Below, one piece after another: positions 46,998 through 54,819 of a stretch of 64,000 bases of DNA (the first letter of the stretch is position 1; the number at the start of each line of letters is the position of its first letter). This DNA is from an uncultured Candidatus Saccharibacteria bacterium (GTDB lineage Bacteria; Patescibacteriota; Minisyncoccia; Phycocordibacterales; UBA2100). The position numbers and the translations under genes are program-made. Under the pieces are notes generated by a model that was not told the origin of the DNA, made no database searches, and was given only the letters and a program-made list of their open reading frames with translations. The DNA is taken from assembly GCA_964512835.1 (NCBI GenBank), contig CAZELA010000003.1, positions 88,098 to 152,097 of the forward strand, given 5' to 3'.

Positions 46998-47516
46998 ATG
47001 GATCTCAAACAACATATCGCTGCGGTCGAGAATTTTCCGAAGCCCGGAATCACTTTTCGAGACATCTCTCCCCTGCTTTCAAACGCCTCGGCGTTCGGGC
47101 ATGTGGTCGACATGATCGCGAAACAATGGGATGGATCCGTTGATGCGGTCGTCGCGTTGGATGCGCGCGGATTTGTGTTCGGTGCGCCGGTTGCACTCAA
47201 GCTCGGTGTGCCGTTCGTGATGATCCGGAAACGCGGGAAACTTCCCGGTGCAGTGGTGTCGTATTCCTACGACCTGGAGTACGGATCGGATACCGTGGAA
47301 ATGAAACGTGGCGCGCTCGAGTCGGGCGCACGGGTGCTTGTGGTCGACGATCTGCTCGCGACCGGAGGCACTGCGGCAGCAGCCGCTGTGCTCGTTGAAT
47401 CAGTCGGAGCCGAGGTTGCGGGTCTCGCGTTCGTGATCGAACTCAGTGGTCTCGGAGGTCGAGAGAAGCTCGGCGAGCGGCAAGTTCAGTCACTCGTTCT
47501 ATACACGGAGGATTGA
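46998..47516 (+). CDS. apt: Adenine phosphoribosyltransferase
   Basis: SD GAGGAGGG. PRPP motif VLVVDDLLATGGT, flexible-loop FPKPGITFRDISPLL. Confidence 0.85.
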   Translation: MDLKQHIAAVENFPKPGITFRDISPLLSNASAFGHVVDMIAKQWDGSVDAVVALDARGFVFGAPVALKLGVPFVMIRKRGKLPGAVVSYSYDLEYGSDTVEMKRGALESGARVLVVDDLLATGGTAAAAAVLVESVGAEVAGLAFVIELSGLGGREKLGERQVQSLVLYTED

Positions 47517-47517
47517 T

Positions 47518-47922
47518 ATGAAACTGAAGCAAGCCATCCGCTGTGTGGACATGATCGCGATGCGAGGAGACTCGTTCGTCGTGATCGAGCGGTTGTCTGA
47601 GCCGAAGGGTCTCGCCTTCCCCGGCGGGAAGATCGAGCCCGGTGAAACACCGACCGGTGCGATCGCTCGCGAGTTCTCGGAAGAGACTGGCTTCGCGGTA
47701 GAGGTGGATGGTGTTGTCGGCTTCTATGGCGATAGTGATCGCGACCCGCGCGGACGTTACGTATCGACGGTGATGTACGGCAGAGCGTTCGGCGTGCCGC
47801 GCGAAGAGGCGGGCAAGACGCGCGTGCACTGCATGCATGAGAGCGAGATCGTTGCTCGGCAGCGTGAGTTCGTGTCTGACCACTTCCAAATGTTCTGTGA
47901 CTTCAGGCAGCTCGCTGCCTGA
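47518..47922 (+). CDS. NUDIX hydrolase
   Basis: Nudix box GGKIEPGETPTGAIAREFSEETG. SD GGAGGA. Start codon is 1 nt after the apt stop. Bidirectional terminator follows (about 47924-47954). Confidence 0.8.
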   Translation: MKLKQAIRCVDMIAMRGDSFVVIERLSEPKGLAFPGGKIEPGETPTGAIAREFSEETGFAVEVDGVVGFYGDSDRDPRGRYVSTVMYGRAFGVPREEAGKTRVHCMHESEIVARQREFVSDHFQMFCDFRQLAA

Positions 47923-47923
47923 T

Positions 47924-47954
47924 TGAAGCCCCGACTGTGTCGGGGCTTTTTCTT
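47924..47954. terminator. Bidirectional terminator between NUDIX (+) and TrmB-like (-)
   Basis: GAAGCCCCGAC-TGTG-TCGGGGCTTTTTCTT. Confidence 0.75.
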
Positions 47955-48675
47955 AGAGTTTTCGGTACAGTAGGCGGAACAGTTTTTCCTGGAAGCGCGC
48001 GATCTTTGCGCTTTCGACGATGAACGATGTCTTTGAGTCGTAATCAACATATGCGGTTTTGTCGCCGTAGATGACGAGCGAAACGTTGTCCGCAAAGAGG
48101 TCGAAGTCCTTGGGGATCGCTTTGACCGACCGATCAAGTTTCTTGCTCTTTCTATTCGCTTTCTCTTCGCTCGTAATGACCATACGCTCAAGTTTTTTTG
48201 CGTCGCGGGTCTGCGCGTAAAACGTGTCGTGAAATTCTTTCTCGTCACCGGTGCGCGATGAGTACCGGTAGAATATGCCGTTTTTCGGAACGGTCCGTGC
48301 GATGTCGTCGAACACAAATGTGACACCGCGCTTCCCCTCGAAGTATTGGATGACCGGCTTTTCGTGCGTGCCGCGTGCGTATGTTGCGGCGATCTCGCTC
48401 AGCTTCTCTTCTACATCGGTGCGTTCCTGCCGGTATCGTTCGAGCAAACGGGTCGGCGACTCTGCGCGATAGAGCGTCCGCTTGTTGCGCTTTTCAAGAC
48501 TGATGAGTCCCGAGTCCACGAGTCGGGGAATGAGTGCGTAGAGCGCGGGCCGGTTGATATGTGTCTCGCGATTCAGGTCCGAGAGAGACAGGGGTCCTTT
48601 TTCCACGAGTACGGAGAGCACCGCTGCGCTCTTACGATCAAGCCCCGCGTGCACAAATACTTCAAAAGTGTCCAT
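47953..48675 (-). CDS. TrmB-like winged-helix transcriptional regulator (paralog 3 of 3)
   Basis: HTH LSVLVEKGPLSLSDLNRETHINRPALYALIPRLVDSGLISLEKRNKRTLY. C-terminal domain paralogous to 45856-46623. Confidence 0.6.
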   Translation of the reverse strand: MDTFEVFVHAGLDRKSAAVLSVLVEKGPLSLSDLNRETHINRPALYALIPRLVDSGLISLEKRNKRTLYRAESPTRLLERYRQERTDVEEKLSEIAATYARGTHEKPVIQYFEGKRGVTFVFDDIARTVPKNGIFYRYSSRTGDEKEFHDTFYAQTRDAKKLERMVITSEEKANRKSKKLDRSVKAIPKDFDLFADNVSLVIYGDKTAYVDYDSKTSFIVESAKIARFQEKLFRLLYRKL

Positions 48676-48745
48676 TTTGTAATATTTTCTTACACATTTG
48701 CTATGGCTCTATATAAGCATTTTATGAGAAAAACACCACATACGT

Positions 48746-48759
48746 GTACATATATGTAC
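48746..48759. promoter_or_regulatory. Perfect 14-bp palindrome GTACATATATGTAC in the divergent promoter region (candidate operator)
   Basis: Lies in an AT-rich 155-bp gap between TrmB-like paralog 3 (-) and the HD-domain gene (+). Confidence 0.45.
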
Positions 48760-48830
48760 GATTTCTCAACAATTATTTCTGTACGCCGCTATGGTGACTG
48801 CAGGCTCATTGAAAGAAAGGAGAAACAGCG

Positions 48831-49406
48831 ATGGCTATCTATCGTCCGAAGGCGAACCTGCTCAGAAATCAGGCGCTGCAGTTCGCGACCGTCGCGCACG
48901 GCAATCAGGTCCGTAAGGGCAACGAGCATATCCCCTACATCTTCCATCCGGTCGATGTTGCGAACGAAGTCATCTACTACTCGGGGCTGCCGGTTTCCGA
49001 GCTCGAGATCGCATCAGTGATTGCGCTGCTGCACGACACCGTCGAAGACACCGCGGTGACACTCGAGCAGGTGCGCGAACAATTCGGTGACGACGTCGCA
49101 GACGGCGTCGACGCGCTCACCAAGGACGAGACCGAAGAGAGTGCGAGTTATTCGAAGCACGAAGAAACACTTATGGCGCTCGCGAAGCTCTCGAAGGCGC
49201 CGAAATACGTGCAAGCCGTGAAGCTCGCCGACCGCGTCTCGAACCTGAAGAACTTCCCTGCAATGTGGGGACGGGAAAAGGTGAATGCGTACCTCGATGA
49301 ATCGTCGATGATTGCGCGTGTGCTCTCGGAGTCGTCCGAGGGATTGCACGCGCGTCTGCTCTCACGCATCGCGGAAGCGCGCGTGATGTTGTCACTCAGA
49401 GGGTAA
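48831..49406 (+). CDS. HD-domain protein, (p)ppGpp hydrolase-like (RelA/SpoT hydrolase domain only; small alarmone hydrolase-like)
   Basis: SD AAGGAGAA. ATVAHGNQVRKGNEHIPYIFHPVDVA ... LLHDTVEDT ... DGVDALTK ... KLADRVSNL matches the RelA/SpoT HD hydrolase region. No synthetase domain. Confidence 0.65.
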   Translation: MAIYRPKANLLRNQALQFATVAHGNQVRKGNEHIPYIFHPVDVANEVIYYSGLPVSELEIASVIALLHDTVEDTAVTLEQVREQFGDDVADGVDALTKDETEESASYSKHEETLMALAKLSKAPKYVQAVKLADRVSNLKNFPAMWGREKVNAYLDESSMIARVLSESSEGLHARLLSRIAEARVMLSLRG

Positions 49407-49416
49407 GGAGGAATTG

Positions 49417-49671
49417 ATGACTACGAAACGTGATGTCGTTCGCCAAGACTGGCTCGAGTCTGAGCGCGGATGGGGCTGTCGTCCCGACGGGTATTCCCTG
49501 CACCGGAACTCCGACGATCTCGCCCAGTTCGTACGCGAGTACTGGGCCCGGATGCCGAATAGCGTTCCTGACGAATACTCGAGACCGTGCGGTGACCCCG
49601 CCATCGTATCGGTCGATGTCGACGTGTACGACCGTGTCGTGAACAGCAAGAACGGCGTCCGGTACTACTGA
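49417..49671 (+). CDS. hypothetical small protein
   Basis: Strong SD AAGGAGGAA before ATG. Bidirectional hairpin plus T-run terminator downstream (about 49686-49716). Confidence 0.4.
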   Translation: MTTKRDVVRQDWLESERGWGCRPDGYSLHRNSDDLAQFVREYWARMPNSVPDEYSRPCGDPAIVSVDVDVYDRVVNSKNGVRYY

Positions 49672-49685
49672 TCTTTTGCATATGC

Positions 49686-49716
49686 AAAGCGCTCACTTCG
49701 GTGAGCGCTTTTTCAT
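49686..49716. terminator. Bidirectional terminator
   Basis: AAAGCGCTCAC-TTCG-GTGAGCGCTTTTTCATT. Confidence 0.75.
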
Positions 49717-50681
49717 TGACTCGCCACGTTGAGACGCCTCAGCCCGTAGCCGATGAGCGGCAGGTCGTATAGAACATCCCTCAACGAGACCGGGGTTTGA
49801 GTGAACGGCGAATTAAAGAAAAGAATGAGAAGGATCGCGATGAACGGATCAAAATATATACCCATGACCAGACAGGTGCCGATATGAAACAGAGTAAGCT
49901 CGAACGCCCACACTCTCTGTAGTGACGGGCGTACCAGAGTCCACACGGCAAACACCTGGACGTACTGCACGAGGAGGTATGCCGGCCATACAAGGAACGG
50001 ATGTGCGATCACGAACGGTGCGAAGAGGGCCTCGTTCTGAAGTTGCGGAACCCACGAGGCGACCTGGTATGAGAGTGCGTGCGGGGAAAACCCGCTAATC
50101 ATGCCGTGGATGGTTTGATCGATACCCGCGACTACTTTCCACATACCGGCCATCGAGTACATGAGCATGACGATCGCCTGCCCCCACCAAATGATAAGGA
50201 GGAACGAGCGTCGCGTCTCCGCGTCTGGCCGCTCCGTCCAGATCGCATCGGGCAAAAAGATAAAGGCGAATGATACGTACAGCCAGACGTACCACTGGTG
50301 GCTGATCAGAAAGAAGGAGCTGGCGAGCGCCTGCGCCTGCCAGATGCCGATGAAAACAATCACTCTGGACCACCACTTCTTATAGAAGAGCAATCCCGTG
50401 AGCGCCGAGATTACAAAGCCGAGGCGGACGATATTGACGAGTGTATCGTCGGGGATCGGAAATGCGTACGACCACCACAACGGCCAGAGTGGTTCGAAGT
50501 TCTGTTGGACCAGCGGGGTTTGAAATTCTTTAAGGAACAAATATGCAAGGAACGGAAGTACGAGATACAGCGTGCGCACCAGCACCCGTCCCGTTTCGAT
50601 CACTGCATCACGGCTTGAAAGTTCCGTGAGAGAGGGGTATCGCAACAATGCGCGCAATCGTTCGTTTCCCAGGGTGTTCAT
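49713..50681 (-). CDS. integral membrane protein (Trp-rich, 8 or more TM helices), function unknown
   Basis: Highly hydrophobic and Trp-rich with multiple predicted TM helices. Overlaps the upstream gene via ATGA. Confidence 0.55.
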   Translation of the reverse strand: MNTLGNERLRALLRYPSLTELSSRDAVIETGRVLVRTLYLVLPFLAYLFLKEFQTPLVQQNFEPLWPLWWSYAFPIPDDTLVNIVRLGFVISALTGLLFYKKWWSRVIVFIGIWQAQALASSFFLISHQWYVWLYVSFAFIFLPDAIWTERPDAETRRSFLLIIWWGQAIVMLMYSMAGMWKVVAGIDQTIHGMISGFSPHALSYQVASWVPQLQNEALFAPFVIAHPFLVWPAYLLVQYVQVFAVWTLVRPSLQRVWAFELTLFHIGTCLVMGIYFDPFIAILLILFFNSPFTQTPVSLRDVLYDLPLIGYGLRRLNVASQ

Positions 50682-51145
50682 ATGTCGGTTGTAAATTCAC
50701 CGAGGATATTGCGGCTGCGCAGCGCTCCCGTATTCCAGCGTTCGAGCGGGTCATACGTTATCTCAACGATCCGGTACCGCACCGGTGATGGCGGAAATAC
50801 ACGTTCCAGCTTTTTTCTGTCATCAGCTATTCGGGGCGCGTCGTGCGACTTGATTGCATTGCCTAAGTCGGTGATGAGCGGTCTATAGTAATTTGGTGTC
50901 TGGTGTGCGTATTGGAATACGAAAGCGTTTTCCGCCGCCTGCAGCGGCGGGTCGTACTCTGTACCTTCGTACAAGAGTATCTCGAGCACAGTCTCGTGCC
51001 CTACATTCGGAATGCCGGAAAATAGGTTCCATGAAAAGAACGGGTATACCTCCCTCGTCGGGGTCAGGTAATTTACACATACGCCGATCACGAAGTACAG
51101 GGCTAGGCTGCTCAGAACGAACTTTTTTAGAGTCGGGTAGGACAT
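50678..51145 (-). CDS. membrane-anchored hypothetical protein
   Basis: N-terminal TM LKKFVLSSLALYFVIGVCV. Same-strand operon with comM. Confidence 0.5.
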   Translation of the reverse strand: MSYPTLKKFVLSSLALYFVIGVCVNYLTPTREVYPFFSWNLFSGIPNVGHETVLEILLYEGTEYDPPLQAAENAFVFQYAHQTPNYYRPLITDLGNAIKSHDAPRIADDRKKLERVFPPSPVRYRIVEITYDPLERWNTGALRSRNILGEFTTDI

Positions 51146-51224
51146 GCACGATGTGTTGCAGTATCCCCCGCCCGGCCGGGCGGTGCAACGGACGTGCAGT
51201 ATGGTCGTGGTCTGCCGAAGGGCG

Positions 51225-52766
51225 TTAAAATTCCCGCTGTCGATACTGCAGTGCCTCCAGCATGTGTGCAGGTTCGATGCTGTCGGATCCTGCGAGATCC
51301 GCGATTGTGCGTGCGAGTTTTATGGTGCGGTGATATCCGCGTGCCGACAGTTTCAGGGTGCGCGCCGCCTGCATGAGTGTCTCTTCGGCTTTGGGCGAAA
51401 GGTTCGCAAGTGATTCGATTTCTTTCGGCCGCATGTCGGCATTCGTCGTAACGTTTTTTGAGTGTTCAAACCGCCGTCGTTGTATCGCTCGTGCTGCCGC
51501 GATCCGGTCCCGTGCTTTTTGTGTCTGGTCGTCTGCTTGTTTTTTCTTCATCGCGAGCGCCTCGGGCGGCATGTCCCCTACCTGCACCCACATATCGATA
51601 CGGTCCGCGACCGGTCCGGAAATTTTTCGCTTATATTTCTCGATTGCGTGCGGCATGCATGTGCAGTCTCGCGTTCCCGCTCTGCCGCACGGACACGGAT
51701 TCAATGCCGCAACGAGCATGAAGTTCGCGGGGAATGTTGCTGAGCCGCGGGCGCGTGCAACGCTCACCTGGGAATCTTCGAGCGGTTCACGCAGCGCGTT
51801 TACCACATCGCGGTGAAACTCGGGGAATTCATCCAGAAACAGTAAGCCGCGGTGTGCGAGGGTTACCTCCCCCGGTCTCGGTATCGCACCGCCACCGATG
51901 AGCGACGCGTACGATGACGTGTGATGCGGTGAGCGGAACGGCGGCCGTGTAACGGCGCCGCGTGCGGCACCCGCATACGAATGAATCGCCGTAACCTCGA
52001 TCACCTCAGGCTCCGAGAGGTCAGGAAGCAGGGCAACGGCGGTGCGCGCGAGCATTGTTTTGCCGGTTCCCGGCGGTCCGTAAAGGGCGATGTTGTGTCG
52101 ACCTGCAGCCGCAATCTCAAGGCCGCGTTTCGCGCTCTCTTGTCCGCGGATGTCGCTCAGTGAAACGGTAACGTCGGATGCATCCGAGCGCGACTCTTTT
52201 TTTACATAGGGTGCGATCGAGAACGCGTGCGATGACAGGTGGTGCACAAGTTCGGTAAATGTGCGGACCGGGTAGATGGTGATACCGGATACGAGCGAAG
52301 CTTCTTCGCAATCCGCCTCAGGCACGTAGAGTTCGGTGAAACCTTCGTCGCGTGCAGCGAGCGCAATCGAGAGTGTGCCGCGGATCGGGCGGACTGCGCC
52401 GTCGAGCGCGAGCTCGCCCGCAAAGAGTTTGTGTGCCGGATCGAAGACGAGCTGTTTCGATGCGAGCAGATACGAAAGCGCAAGCGGGATATCAAAGACC
52501 GCACCTTCTTTTTTGAGTTCGGCCGGCGCAAGCGAAAACACAATCTTTTTGTTGCTGCGCTTCGGGGACTGAAACCCGCCCTCGCTGTTTTTGATCGCGG
52601 CAGCGATACGATCTTTTGCTTCTTCAACCGCTTTATCCGGTAGGCCGACTACGGTGAACGCGTGCAGTCCTTTGATAATGTCGCATTCCACCGAAACGAG
52701 ATGCGCACTCGGCAGAGCCGGCTGTGCGCTGAACACGCGGGCAAATCCTGATTCGATGTCCTGCAT
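51225..52766 (-). CDS. comM: Mg-chelatase-like AAA+ ATPase YifB/ComM (competence-associated)
   Basis: Lon-like N-domain, Walker A LYGPPGTGKTM, Walker B LLFLDEFPEF, C-terminal Mg chelatase ChlI-like domain. Start at MQDIESGF (ATG about 52764-52766). Confidence 0.85.
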   Translation of the reverse strand: MQDIESGFARVFSAQPALPSAHLVSVECDIIKGLHAFTVVGLPDKAVEEAKDRIAAAIKNSEGGFQSPKRSNKKIVFSLAPAELKKEGAVFDIPLALSYLLASKQLVFDPAHKLFAGELALDGAVRPIRGTLSIALAARDEGFTELYVPEADCEEASLVSGITIYPVRTFTELVHHLSSHAFSIAPYVKKESRSDASDVTVSLSDIRGQESAKRGLEIAAAGRHNIALYGPPGTGKTMLARTAVALLPDLSEPEVIEVTAIHSYAGAARGAVTRPPFRSPHHTSSYASLIGGGAIPRPGEVTLAHRGLLFLDEFPEFHRDVVNALREPLEDSQVSVARARGSATFPANFMLVAALNPCPCGRAGTRDCTCMPHAIEKYKRKISGPVADRIDMWVQVGDMPPEALAMKKKQADDQTQKARDRIAAARAIQRRRFEHSKNVTTNADMRPKEIESLANLSPKAEETLMQAARTLKLSARGYHRTIKLARTIADLAGSDSIEPAHMLEALQYRQREF

Positions 52767-52826
52767 CGTTACAAAAGTATACCCCGCACGGGGGCGGGGT
52801 ATACGGGCACATATGAACACCTTGTC

Positions 52827-53201
52827 TTAGAGTTCTTCCGCGTGTTCCATGTCGGTGCGAGCCGAAGGGTTGGCCTTCAGTCGCTCGAGCGGAATCGGTT
52901 CGTTGCATACCTCGCAGAGACCGTAGACGCCCTCGTCCATTTTTTCGAGTGCCTCCGAAACATCGAGGTGACGGTCTTCGAGCTCTTCGACAAGCGGCAC
53001 ATTGGTCGCCAGTTCTTCGATCTGATCGGCTACGTCGTTCGGGTCGCTCTCCTCCCCTTCAAAGCCGGTCGATGCTCCCTGCCAATCGCCGGTGTCACTC
53101 TGGATGCGGCCGTGCGCGGCGAGCTCCTCCTCGAGATTTTCTTTGTCGATCTCGAGTGCTTCTCGCAGCTCTTCTAATTCTGCCTGAGGAATTTTGTTCA
53201 T
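52827..53201 (-). CDS. DksA/TraR-family protein (C4 zinc-finger partly degenerate)
   Basis: Acidic coiled-coil N-terminus and C-terminal GLCEVCNEPIPLERLKANPSART typical of DksA/TraR/YocK. The second Cys pair is replaced. Confidence 0.6.
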   Translation of the reverse strand: MNKIPQAELEELREALEIDKENLEEELAAHGRIQSDTGDWQGASTGFEGEESDPNDVADQIEELATNVPLVEELEDRHLDVSEALEKMDEGVYGLCEVCNEPIPLERLKANPSARTDMEHAEEL

Positions 53202-53244
53202 GGGACGAGTATACCCCGTCCGAAACGGAATTCCAGATGAAGAC

Positions 53245-54819
53245 CTATAGTCTTCGGCCCGCCTGGAGACGACTCAGAATCTCAGTGAAAGTGTACGGAC
53301 TTTCCGCGATAACCAAAAGATCCCGTGTCGGGAACGAGTAGTAGAGCTGAATGACTCCCTCATCGTCTTTCAGTGCGCGGACATCGTAGTTGCGCATGAC
53401 GAGATCAGTGTACGGTCGTTCAACCTGAATACCATCCGCGCCCATGAGCAGTCGCGGCACAGGTGTAAAGAGCGGAGAGAGGTCGCCGTTGAGCGTTCGC
53501 TCCCATGTCAGCATGCCGTCGAACGCGCGGTCATACGAGTTCACCTTGATCACAAAAATCGGCGCATTTTTATCGACGGTGTGAATACCGAGGAAAAAGT
53601 CGTCACCGAGTGCTCTCATCAGATTTTCCGGCGGCTCTACACCGATCGCTGCAAAGAATTCCGACAGTGTCGCGGCCCGTTCGGATTGCCTGCCGTTCTG
53701 ATCGACGGCGGGTACGACGGGAACGATATGCAGGAGTGATCCGAGGGTGCCGCTTGATGTGCGCATCTGTGCGAGCTGTGTGCGGAGCGATGTCGGTGTG
53801 TCCTGTGTCAGTCGGAACGGCACCGTCTGTTCTGCGAACACAATCGATGTGTTTTTCTCGACGACACCCGGCGCTGATTGAACGACTGCAATGTAGTAGA
53901 CCGCGCCGAGTGCCGCGAGACCGAGCAGTACAAATACGATGACCGTAAACACGATCATCGGCACTCGACTCGGCGGGCGCAGCGGCTCCGGCTCGACCAT
54001 GTGCTCCATATGTTGACGCTTCTCCTGCTCGAGAGCGACCGCTTTTACCACCGACATTTTTTGCTCCTGCACCACATGCGCGAGGTCCTGCTTGAGTGTG
54101 TGCACGGACGCGACGTGCATCTCTTCGTGAAAAACCGCCTGTGTCGGCACGGCTTGCGCGTTCGACTGGGGAGCAGCGGGAGCCGGCTGCGAATTCTCAA
54201 TCACGTTCGCGGCGAGGACGTCGTTCAATTTCAAGGCGTTTTCGAGATCCGGTGAGGGTGCAATAGGTTTTTTGTCTGCCGACGGTGTGTATGACCTCTT
54301 TTCAGGAAGCTTGATTCCTTTCAAGATCTTTTGCATGTCACCTGCAATCCTGTCCGGGGGCTTTGCGCGTGCTGCGGGTATGGTGAGTCCGACATCGTCG
54401 GCGATCGTGTCCTTTTCTTTGGGTGCAGAAGGAGCGGCCGGCGCGGGTTCGGCCGGCGCAGGGTTCGGTGTCCGTACCGGCGTCGTTATATCCGGCAGCT
54501 GCATGGGTTCAAATGCAGAGGTAATGAGCGGTTCGGCTACGACGGGTTTTTGCTCGAACTTCGGCGGAGGCGGCACCTCGAGGTCGAGTTTGAGCTCCGG
54601 TGCGGCAGGCATTTTATTTGAGATCGGCGGACCGGGCGGCGTGACGAGGGGTTCTGTCGGAACAACGTCGGGATGCGGCATCATGTTGAATACCGGCGGA
54701 TGTTCCGGAGACGGAACAGGCGCACCGGGTTTCCCCGGTACGCCTGTTTGACTCACCTTTTGAGGCTGTGTGTTAGATGCGTCGGTCCCTGTTTTCTCGT
54801 CGGCCATGATCACGACCAT
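53245..54819 (-). CDS. Pro/Ala-rich single-pass membrane protein, unknown function
   Basis: About 290-aa Pro-rich cytoplasmic region, TM VPMIVFTVIVFVLLGLAALGAVYYIAV, then a C-terminal extracytoplasmic domain. Start may be at the internal ATG MADEK; overlaps the pnp 3' end by about 35-47 nt. Confidence 0.5.
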   Translation of the reverse strand: MVVIMADEKTGTDASNTQPQKVSQTGVPGKPGAPVPSPEHPPVFNMMPHPDVVPTEPLVTPPGPPISNKMPAAPELKLDLEVPPPPKFEQKPVVAEPLITSAFEPMQLPDITTPVRTPNPAPAEPAPAAPSAPKEKDTIADDVGLTIPAARAKPPDRIAGDMQKILKGIKLPEKRSYTPSADKKPIAPSPDLENALKLNDVLAANVIENSQPAPAAPQSNAQAVPTQAVFHEEMHVASVHTLKQDLAHVVQEQKMSVVKAVALEQEKRQHMEHMVEPEPLRPPSRVPMIVFTVIVFVLLGLAALGAVYYIAVVQSAPGVVEKNTSIVFAEQTVPFRLTQDTPTSLRTQLAQMRTSSGTLGSLLHIVPVVPAVDQNGRQSERAATLSEFFAAIGVEPPENLMRALGDDFFLGIHTVDKNAPIFVIKVNSYDRAFDGMLTWERTLNGDLSPLFTPVPRLLMGADGIQVERPYTDLVMRNYDVRALKDDEGVIQLYYSFPTRDLLVIAESPYTFTEILSRLQAGRRL

